Positions 53,338 through 64,000 of a stretch of DNA of 64,000 nt are shown here, piece after piece (the first letter of the stretch is position 1; each line of letters starts with the position of its first letter). This stretch comes from Auanema rhodensis. Its lineage: Eukaryota; Animalia; Nematoda. The stretch spans positions 5,890,001-5,954,000 of the forward strand of contig OZ059894.1 in the NCBI GenBank assembly GCA_964057225.1, in the 5' to 3' direction. Made by a program: the position numbers and the translations under genes. The notes under the pieces are model-generated. The model was not told where the DNA came from. It did no database searches and saw only the letters and a program-made list of their open reading frames with translations.

Positions 53338-53802
53338 TTTTAGATTATTCTATAGTTTCATTTTTACTTTTTCTTTTATATAATCAGATCATTCAATCGT
53401 TTCAATACCATTATCACAATGTTTCTTTCTTTAATAAAATCCTCTCACCCGAAATATACATTGGAACTCACCCAAATGAAGTTTATTATGCATGTGTGAG
53501 GTGTCTCGAGTACGCATGTTGTAATGTATGTTTTCTACCTGACTGAACGTTGTGTCATAAGTCTTCAGAACATCCGAGACCACATACTATGTGTACACCA
53601 ACATACCCCCACAGGTATACGGATGGAGTAGATAGACATGCATACATACATACATCAAGCATATCCTATAAGTACGACTAATTTGCTTTCAAAGGTTCAT
53701 AAACTTCACTTCATCCTTCTCTATCAATTTCATTGTTCACCTACTGTCCCTCCTTCTCTCTCTATGTCTCTCGTTTGATCACATTTCCTTTTTGATTTGA
53801 CA

Positions 53803-53864
53803 AACGTTTTATACTATATATATATATATATATAGTATAAAACGTTATAAGTATATAAGTTTTA

Positions 53865-53922
<58 letters not shown>

Positions 53923-53935
53923 TAAAACTTATATA
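53803..53935. repeat. Two adjacent perfect palindromes with (TA)n cores
   Basis: AACGTTTTATAC(TA)nGTATAAAACGTT at 53803-53846 and TATATAAGTTTTATAC(TA)nGTATAAAACTTATATA at 53852-53935. Confidence 0.9.
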
Positions 53936-56900
53936 TTATATATTATAAAGCGTTTGTTCTTTATAAAAATTTACTTAGTATACATGTATATACGTATGTA
54001 TGTATATAGTAACAGAACAAGATAGAACAAGTCTATAAATTTAAAGTGGATTTTGCAAGTATCTTTAAATATATTTTGTCTAACACATCCCTTCTAACTA
54101 AATGGTTGCGAACACTGCTGTTACAAGTTTAAAAACTAAATTGAGAATTGTTCATATGGAGTTCAGTTGTCAGCATTTCATCAGGGATCTTCGAAACCAA
54201 CATGTCAAAATCTCAGTCAGTTCATCAGTCTTCGTTATGAATGCATATAATAAATTGACGAAAATGCTAATTTTTTCAGACTTCTTCCATCTTTTGCTTC
54301 TAATTTTTTAAAACAACTTGAGAAGCAGCTTTCAAGCATCTTAGTTTACTTCTCCTTTTCTCAACTATAAACTTTAAGTCAAAAATGCTTCAAAAACTTC
54401 AAGCTTATTAGGGAAATTTATTTCTTAAGCTAACTAGATAAACAACTTGATTGTATCAATAACGTGATAAATTAGACCATATGTACATACATATGTATAC
54501 TATATAATCCATAGTATCTACAATTATTTTGTTATTTCTTTTGCTGAGAGATAGCCACTGACAACCATGGCAACCGATTTGCAATCATTCTCTTTCCTAC
54601 TATTTCTTTCTCTCTCTCTATCTTCCTTGCTTTCACTCATTCTCTCTCTTTCTCTTTGTCCTTGTCTCTTTCGAATTTATTAATTTCATCTTTCTCTATA
54701 TATTCCTTCTTTTTCATTCTGTTTCCTCTACTTTAACGAAAATCAAAAGAACTATTTTCTAAATTGTGTTTACCTATACTAACAGTTCATTTGTATCTTC
54801 TGGCTTTTTGTATTCGAAATCTTTTTTTTTTGATAATTTTGAAAAATATATTAATACACTCCCCCAATTTCTTTGATTATGTTTGAATACTATATGGAAT
54901 AGGTAACGCTTTCGAAGAAAAAATACTCGAAAATTCACATCTGAACGAAAGTGAATGCTTGTGAAAACTTCTTTAAGATTAACTTATTTAAAAATTTTGT
55001 CATAACAGAAAAAAGTGAATAATATGTTGTAAATAAAAGAGACAAGAGAGAAAAAAGAAGAAAAAGAATGGCAGAACGATGTTTTCGTCAATTCTGACCA
55101 GTCAGATTAAGAATGGATTACATCTTGAGTTCCAAAAACATAACTTCAAGAAAAGACTCATAAGACAAAGACGTCGAAAAGAAGATGACCAACGACATGT
55201 ACGATATGGCATTTTGAATATGATTGTCTAAATGATAAAGTGGAGAAAGATCCTGCCATCCAAAAGGATGAAGTTGATAATTGTTAGAGTCATTAAAGAT
55301 AATATAAATAATGTGTAAATGTTTTTGCTTTTGTGCTATTTGAAAAGAATGAGAATAGCAACTAAACGTAATGCTTCCTTGTCATCTATGTATATCATCA
55401 CTATATATGTTGAAAGTGAAGTTTCTATGAAACTAATTGCATAATACAAACTTTAATTTAACCAAAATTAATCTGTCATTTATCGCCTATAAAGAAATGT
55501 TCATCATGGGCTTGATCAAGGAGATGCTGATGATGAGAAAATCCATCAATGACCATGTACTGCAAGGTCAAATAACTCAAATCTTCAACTTTGGCATGAA
55601 ACCCATTCAACATTCATCGTACTCTTCTATTAATCTTTTTCTCTCATTCTCTCTGAATGCATTATCCGTCTTTTTACTACCTTTACAATTTTGAACTCCC
55701 TCTGTTCTTTCAATATTCCATTTAGCTCTCTAGATTCAAATGACTTCAGAAGCACTGAAACAAAAATTTCAGTGAGAGATGACACGAACTAATCGTTCAG
55801 GAAGTCCTGTTCTCTCTGTTTTTTATCCATTAAATTTAAAATACAGATAGAGAAGTTCATTGTTTGGTGTTTCGAAATAAGATATCTGTATATATTAAAT
55901 ATTTTTTGCCTTTTCTCGGAATTACGATGGAATTTCAAACTTTTTTTTTAGTTTTTTTTTGTTGTGAAATTAAGGAGGATGCAATTAAACTAGTGAGTTG
56001 AGACTATTTAGTTTTTCTTCTTTTTTTTTGAGTGCTTTAGGATGATATAGTAAATCTTTTAGAGAGAATTAGATGAGAGAATGGAAAAGCAAAAGAAGAA
56101 GAGAGATAACTCTACAAATTCTCAGCTAAGGAAATGCCCCTTCTTCTTCTTGTTGAAAGAAAATTGAGACTTCTTTTACTTTTTCTCTCACAAAACTGAC
56201 AAATTAACTAACTTTTAACAAAACCTCATTATATATAATCCTCAGTTTATATAATTCATGTAGACAATACACATAAGTGGACAACTTTTCAAAATGCTTT
56301 AACGGATTTTCTATTATGCTTCTAAACTATTCAACTAAAAATCAATAAATATATATATATAATTTTTGTTATATATATATATATATGTATATAACGGATA
56401 CTAGATGACTAAAATTGCTAAAAATCTCAAAGAGGGTCATGCTGGTGAAAATAGCTAAAAGAAGCTATCCTCATTTGGGATAGGATTACTATTACCAGAC
56501 AGCAATCGATCTAATATTCTTTCTAAAGAACCTCTTTCCTTACTAATTTTAATTATGTATCAACTATAATCATTTCAATTTTATTGTGAAGGACTTATTA
56601 TATTTATTCATTTTATTTGTAGTTTATTATAAAAAATATATCCATAATCGGTGAAAATTTGGATATCCTGTAATTCTCCTTCAGCAGCAAAAGAATTTCG
56701 TTTTTTAACTGTTTGTGCCACAGTTGAATTTTTCATATTTTTTCAATTCCAAATATTTGTGAATTTTCATTTAACAATTTATTTATGGAACGTTCTACTA
56801 AATTTGATCCTTACTTTGAACTTTTGATCAAAAATAGAACAAAGCTAAACAGACAGATAAGTTGTAAAACGACAAAAATACATTTAGAAATAATTTTAAT

Positions 56901-57288
56901 CGAAAATCATTACGAATATATAAAAAATATTTTTTTCACTTTCAAATTTTTGATCTACAAAATCTTCAACAAAAAGAAATTTCTTTTTTTTTTATTTTCC
57001 TCTGTGCATATCCAAGTTTCTCCACATCATTGACTACAACAATCTTTCCCTCTTATTCCAAAAAAAAAGCCGAATTAGTTGCTATTTCAACATCTTCAGC
57101 TCGTTATTTATTTGCTTTTCATAACTTTTATGTTCTTTCTGTGAGCCAATCTTAATCTTATACTTCTAAAGCCTTGTCTATTCGTCTTTTCATAAATCTC
57201 AGGAACGAAAAAAATTTTTTAAGCAAAGATAAGGCTCATCTCTGTGTGCTCTCAACTGGAGTAAGTGATATGACCGAATGACCGCGCA

Positions 57289-57346
57289 ATGCAGTCACTT
57301 CGGTCAACCTCTTACTATCGAAAACGACGGGAAACAGCTTTTTCCA
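57289..57346 (+). CDS. che-7: Putative proximal alternative first coding exon of che-7 (MQSLRSTSYYRKRRETAFS)
   Basis: An ATG-initiated 58-nt exon ends at a perfect GTAAGT donor in phase 1, compatible with the 58403 acceptor. Confidence 0.5.
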
Positions 57347-58402
57347 GTAAGTCTCCGGAATTCTGCTAAAAAAAAGAAGAAAACTCATTTTTTTATCTTT
57401 GAAATTCTCATGAAAATGACTATTTGATAGCTATTTTCCAATCTTATAAACAGCCAAAAAAAGGAAAAAATTCTCAATCTTAACTTTTTGACTACATTCA
57501 CCTTACTTAGTTCTTGTTATCTTGATTACGAACTTGCTGAGTAACTACCTAGTTGAAATCTATTATTTACATAGTATATCATGCTATTTAAGCTAATATT
57601 TATATATTTTTAAATTTTTATTCTAAAGTTCTAAGATATTTAAGTCGGTTGAATATTTAATGAATTACACGTCTTCGTACATTTTAATGATTACTTAACC
57701 GCATAGTTTCAAAATTCAGATTATCATTTGAAATGAGTTATGAGTACAAGAATCACACTTTACAATAACAATAATTTCTTATTTATACTTATAAATATTC
57801 CATTTTGCCTAAGGTCAAAATCTTTTAATAGCTTAAGGAAAACCAAACTAAAAAATTTCCTCAATAGTAAGCGTTAATTTTGTCTTTGAAATAATTTCAC
57901 TGTTTCATATTGTTTTAACAAAAAGTTTAGCTAAAATTTTTATTTATTTTAAATAAAATATGAATGAATTTGTTTCTCAGATTTATCATTTATTTTGTTT
58001 GACTTTTATTATTTTTAAAAGAAAATCTGACGAAAGTAAGTACATACATACATTCTGAGAAACTATTGTTTTAACTCATTTTGTTTAGTTGAAAAAGAAG
58101 TCATTGAAATGTCTTTGTACATGTATATCGTAGAATATTTATATTTAAACTCAGCTGTAATAGGAAAATTAATTAGATTTTTGATTTAAAGCTAATAATG
58201 CTAAAGCCGGTGAGTGTTGGTGTGTGTGTGTGTGTGAGCAATAAGCTTTATTAAAAAATTAGCAAGTATCTAAGGAATATGATATGTTGCTGATTAAAGT
58301 CAAAACGGAAGAGAAAAGGGGCATTCTCTTTCTTGCCAACCAAAATTGTTGTCTAATATAGATTTTACTTATATACATAGGTATTTATATGAAACCTTTT
58401 AG

Positions 58403-61400
58403 GACACGGTCGCGACACTTCGTCTATCCACCACGCGGCGGTGGTCGAGGTTGGAGCCATGGTGCTCCAAAATATGTTCAGGTAACCTACTATAATTAAT
58501 AATTAATTTGCAACCGATTATCATTTATCTTCAACATCAAATAATATTCCCCCACGTTTTGACGTGAAAATGTGAAACTAAACTTATCATTTTATACTAA
58601 TTAGACATGCCATTGAATTAAAACAAAAGCAAATTGCATTTTGGAAATTGCTTCACTGAACTTTTCAAAAATAAGACAAAATTATAAAATTTCTACAGCT
58701 TCTAAAGGTAATAGAAATTCTTTTTTTCGTTGTCATGAAGTTAATGAATTGAATATTATTCAATACCATCATTATACATTTTATTATAATTTTTTGATAT
58801 TTATTGTAAAAAATTTAAGATGCTGCTTAGAAATCTTAATTTGCTGTCAGTTGCGTGAGATTGTCTGAAATTTTTCAATTAAAAGCAATGAATTTCTTAT
58901 ATTACATTTCTATGTAAATTGAATGAATGCACTTAAGATTATTCAAAATTCGGTTATTTTAATGTATGCAACAGGCTTAAGATCTATGCTTTACCGAAGA
59001 ACATTCATGTCTTTAAACTACAATTCCTTAGCGTATGATTTATAAATTTTTATCATTTTTATCATAAAAGTTCAGTACAGAATAATCTGTATGGATGCAT
59101 CTTACAATTGAAAAATATAATTTAAAAAACATTAAAAAAACAAAATATAAATATAATAAATAAACACATAAATTACTTAATGGTGTCTAATTATTTTTAT
59201 TATTTACAGTGCTCTTTCTTTTTTACATTACCGAAAAGATGATGATTTCGTTGATAGACTTTCGTATTTCTATACTTCATCTTTCCTTATAATGATGGCC
59301 GTTCTAGTTAGCTTCAAACAGGTAGGTCCAACATGAATTGATTTTACTACATCTTCAAATTCTTTCACAAGATATTTTTATCGTTTTTGTATCTACATCT
59401 TATAGTTCGGTGGACGGCCACTGGAATGCTGGGTTCCAGCACAATTCACAGCTAGTTGGGAAGCATACACAGAAATGTATTGCTGGGCTCAGAATACTTA
59501 TTGGGTTCCGATAGAACAAGTAAGTAGTAGTAAACATTAAGTTTTTTTTTTTAAAAGAAAATATTTAAAAATTATCGTTTAAGGATATTCCTGTGGATAT
59601 ATCTGAAAGAGAATATCGCCAAATCTCTTATTACCAATGGGTTCCATTTTTCCTATTAATACAAGCTTTTCTCTATTATATCCCATGCCTCATGTGGAGA
59701 TTAATGAGTGATAAGTCTGGTAAGCTAATATTGTTTTCTTTAAAATATTATTAAAGTATAAAATAAATTTAGGTATTCGTTTGAATGATATAGTTCAAAT
59801 GGCAACTGAAAAGGAAAATATTGAGCCAGATTATCGAATACGAACCATAGAAAGCCTTTCTAGACATATCGAATCTGCTCTTAGGTATGTAATTGCTAGA
59901 AGCTTTATTTCAAAATATACGAAACTATTTCTAAAAAATTAAAAATTAGTTTTTTATTCAGGTATCAACATACTGCAACATCAAGAACAGAATATACACT
60001 TCATAGAGTTTTTAAATGCTTTAATATGCGATACTATGAAAGCTATGTAACTGGAATGTATTTGGTATAAATTTATGAGTAAACTTTTTGTTTGAGTATA
60101 CACTTGATTTCAGGCTACAAAGATTATGTATGTGGGAAATATATTAACTAATCTTGTACTGGTTAATAAATTTCTTGAAACTGATGAGTATAGTGTTTAT
60201 GGTCTCGGAGTATTACGAGACTTATTGTTTGGCCGTACATGGATGGAAAGTGGCAATTTTCCTAGAGTAACATTGGTAAGACTTAAAGAAAATTCTTAAT
60301 TCTAATGATATGATTGTTACAGTGTGATTTTGAAGTTCGAGTGTTAGGAAATAACCAAAGACATTCTGTGCAATGTGTTCTAGTTATTAATATTTTTAAT
60401 GAAAAAATCTTTATTCTTATATGGTTATGGTTTACGCTATTATTCGTTGCATCTACATTGGATATGTTGTATTGGTTCAGTATCAGTATGTTTCACAGGT
60501 AACACATCCCAGCTTGATTTCATTTTCTAATCTTTTTTTTTATTTTTAGAGATCGATTACGATTTGTCTTACGACATCTTGAATTAACGACAGATCCTGA
60601 TAAACCTGAATTATTCCGAAAAGAGAAAAGAAAACAAGTAGAACATTTTCTTAGAACATATTTAAAGGTTTAATACTTATTGGTCAAATATTTAAACATC
60701 TTTATCTTAGGTGGATGGTGTACTAGTATTACGTATGATTGCTATGCATGCTGGTGTCATGTTTTGCACCGAAATTACTGATGCGCTATGGAAAAGATAT
60801 CTATCTCAACATCCAGAAAACTTAATTGATGAAGATTCGTCTTTAATCACATTTGCTAGGTAAAAAACATATTTTATATAAGCATTACTATATATTTGAA
60901 TCAACATTGATCAATGTTTGTGTTTTAGAGCCCAATCTATTCGCCGTAAACGACATGATAGCAGCAATTCAGATGGCCATCAACGGTTAGGAAGAATTCT
61001 TTCTCACAGGTGAAGAGAGGAACGAACAAAACTCGTCTCATAGCACGTTGACACGTCTGCGCATGTCCAAATCACACTTGAGTTTGCATAATTCACAGTG
61101 TTGCAATCACTATGTGCCTAATCCTAAAATTTACCCTCATAAATGCTTGAAAATGACTTACGTTTTTTGTTTTTTTTTTTACTCCAAAAATTGTTTTTGT
61201 TTTGTGTAATTCAGAGTCCGTTGTGGCTGACTGTTTCTGTCCTCTCCACATGTCCCCTTTCTCCTACTTTTATGTTTTTGATACTGTCAAGTCAAATGCC
61301 GATTGAAGTTAAAGTATTTGAAAATCTTAATGTCGTGCAGCGTGGTGACAAGCTTTGTTGGTTCGTCTTGTATGATTGAGGAAGATACAAAATATGCAAA

Positions 61401-62024
61401 AGTAATGAAAACAAAAAATTTTTCTTTTTTTCGCTGTCACTTTCTGTTGCTCTTTCCAATCTTCTTTTCTATCAGTATCAAGAACACGTATAACACAACG
61501 TGCATATCGTTCCCTATTTTCTTTAGTTTGCTAGTTAACTATATCTATATAGTTTTTTTACTTTGCATGCACATGCTTACTGTTTTTTTCATTTTAAGGA
61601 GTACGGGTGGAAGCTTCCGACTTAATCGAACACAATCTACCAATCGTTCATTACACACTGATCACAAGGGAAATCCACAACAAACACCTGTCGGCAGTAC
61701 AACAGCTATATCAAGGTTTGCTTAACAAATTTTCCTCCTACCTCTATTTTCAGCAACTTATTGCTCTTTCCTAACTCTTCTATCCTCTAAGCTTATTTAA
61801 AACGTTAAAATCAATTAATGTTTTCATTTGTTAACAACCAAACATATGCGTTTAAAGTTCTTTTTTCAATAAGTTATTTAAGATTTGGTAAAGTTCGAGC
61901 TGGGATTGTTACTACAACACCAACAAAGGTTGTTATCAACAGTCCACCCACAGAATCGTCAGAAACAGCAAATAATGGAGATCCTTTGAAAGAAAAAAGG
62001 GAAAATGTTCCATTAGCTGTATAA
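58403..62024 (+). CDS. che-7: Innexin (gap-junction subunit), CHE-7/INX-4 orthologue; shared exons (internal ATG at 58459)
   Basis: [125 protein letters not shown], near-identical to my recollection of C. elegans CHE-7. The product ends ENVPLAV*. Confidence 0.93.
58509..58566 (+). other. Dispersed CAACCG...(ACGT)2 element, che-7 intron
   Basis: CAACCG at 58511; ACGT at 58554 and 58562. Confidence 0.5.
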
Positions 62025-62933
62025 TGTTTTCAAACATTACAAGCTGTTAGCTGCAATTATTTTTCATTTTTCTATTCAAAAGAATTTTAAATTTTTTGTA
62101 CTCGAACTGTACTTTTACGGGTATAATAATATAATTTTATGTATTTCTTACATGATTCTGTCTTCTTTTTCATATATGTTATTCTTGAAGTTTCTTAAAT
62201 ATTTTATTCTACAAAATATTTAAGAAACTTATATATTTTTGTCAATATATGTCTTTATATTATATTTTTATTTGAATCTCTTACTCCCAAACTTAATTTG
62301 TGTCAATTATGTACGCCTCATTTGATGTTTTATGTTTTTTTTTGTACTTCAAAACGATACTTCTTTCAACTATTTTTGTTTCAAGTAATAGTTCAAATAT
62401 TTTTTTTACATGTTGTCCTCTACTTTCTTTGTGATGCCATATGTCTTCTCTTTTTTCATTTTATATGTCTTTATTCATATTTTTATTCTTAAGTACCATT
62501 TTCTCTTCAATTTTCATAATTTTTTAAATATATGAAACTTTGTCAATACGAAAATCAAAACTGAATATGCGCGAAAAATGTTTTACTTATTAGATTAATT
62601 CCGGAAATCTCTTATTTCTTTCTATTATTTCAAATATGACATATCCGGAAACGTCCAACGTTTTGACTTTTCACTATTCTTTCATATGTTTATATAAATT
62701 TCTTTTATTTTTTAGACTGACGAATGAAATAGTATCAGTTTAGGCGTAACATTATGAAAGATATATATTGTGCTCAATTTATTTTTTCTTGAAAAAAAAA
62801 TGTTTTATTAGATTGTTGTTTGATGGATCTTAAATAAAAACTACGTTTTTCAATTTTTAAAATTTTTTTTTGTATACTTTCTAAAGTATTATATCTGTGA
62901 ATTATTTGCATACGGAATTGACATAAGTGTGTA

Positions 62934-63001
62934 ACGTACAAGTGATATATCTGACGTATTCATAATCATTTCCATGCATGTATTTGACAAAATCGGTTGC
63001 T
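62934..63001 (-). other. Dispersed CAACCG...ATGATTAT...(ACGT)2 element, between che-7 and the Ly6-like gene
   Basis: CGGTTG at 62994-62999; ACGT at 62954 and 62934. Confidence 0.55.
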
Positions 63002-63227
63002 TTCATTTTTTAAAAAAGATACTTTCCATTGAAAAAGCTGATGAAGTATTTTTTTTGTAATAAATTTCAGAATACAATATAAGAATATAATAATTAATAT
63101 GATTAACAATAATAATATATTTTAATATGAATATGTATATACATATATATGTATATGTTCTTTATATACAAGTAAACGTTAATGATAACATCTTTATAGA
63201 CAGAAAACAAAGAAAAGAACATGATTG

Positions 63228-63995
63228 TTAGAAGTGTAATAAAATAATTGAAAGAATCACAAATGTCTGACTGAAAGTTGCCAGATATGAACCTGTATTC
63301 CGATATCTCCATCCGTTACCGCCATACGAAGAGTACTGTAATCGTTTAGCTATATATGAGTTTGCATAATCATATGATCCAAATGGGCTGGAGAAGCATT
63401 TTTGTGTATTACACTTATCTGTAGCACAGAAACACCAATGTTCAGTAATTTCCATCTGAAAAGAAGTATTGATAGTAAACCTTTAAGAGTTACATACATT
63501 ATTAGCTTATTATATCAAAATTCTAATGAATAGCTTTCATTTTTGATTTACCTTATCAAAATCATGAGGAAGATAATCGCCAATTTCAGAAATTTTGGAA
63601 TTTGTACCCAATCCTAAGTGCATATGCTGTTCATCAGTTAAGAAATGTGAAGAACATCCTCTCCCAACTCCTGAAACATTTATGAATTATATTTTTTATT
63701 TTTTTAAATTAAAAAAATATTTATTCTGTTCTCTTTTTTCTTTCTTATACTTTTTTTTTCTAATACTAATATGTATTCATTTTACCTAAATTTTTCGTAT
63801 ATCCAGTCTCTTTATGTGTTCCATTAATATACAAAATAAAACAGCTTGAATGGCAAGATTGAAAAGAGTCTGGTTTATAATCTCTGAAACAATTTTTCAA
63901 TTTTTTGTCCACAAAGGAAACACCAACTTGTGAACACATTCAGCATCACTAGCCGTTACTTCATAATTTCGTTTTAAGAATAGATGGCGCCATTG
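63228..63995 (-). CDS. Ly6/uPAR three-finger-like, probably GPI-anchored protein (5'-truncated; last 4 exons)
   Basis: QWRHLFLKRNYEVTASDAECVHK/DYKPDSFQSCHSSCFILYING../GVGRGCSS../MEITEHWCFCATDKCN..., with a hydrophobic C-terminus FVILSIILLHF*. RGC and CxxDxCN are Ly6/QVR hallmarks. Confidence 0.8.
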
Positions 63996-64000
63996 CTGAA

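Overview
This is AT-rich eukaryotic DNA from a nematode, probably a clade V rhabditid (species not identifiable). Most introns are about 45-60 nt and acceptors resemble TTTTCAG. Most ORF-track entries are single exons or low-complexity artefacts, so I rebuilt gene models by hand from splice sites and reading phase. In order, the window holds: the 3' end of an ACC-synthase-like PLP aminotransferase, an NNMT/PNMT-family methyltransferase, a MADF-BESS factor with a GC-AG intron, an ABU/PQN Cys/Gln-rich secreted protein, an Srx chemoreceptor, a PALS1/Stardust-type MAGUK (magu-2), three tandem Vms1/ANKZF1-like genes, a probable small orphan gene, tRNA-Ser(GCT), an OFA-type MFS transporter, the innexin che-7 with alternative first exons, and the 3' part of a Ly6/three-finger GPI protein. 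The most interesting locus is the Vms1/ANKZF1-like triplet (26.8-34.1 kb). Its three VLRF1 (tRNA-nuclease-type) modules are highly diverged: two keep the catalytic-type Gln and one has lost it. Each is joined at the same intron to a ~700-bp ankyrin/3' cassette that is identical by eye across the copies, and all three promoters carry a TTGTGCAAT plus GAGTATA motif pair. Second, a dispersed motif (CAACCG ... ATGAWTYAT-like ... repeated ACGT) recurs with constrained spacing at 7 independent non-coding sites.
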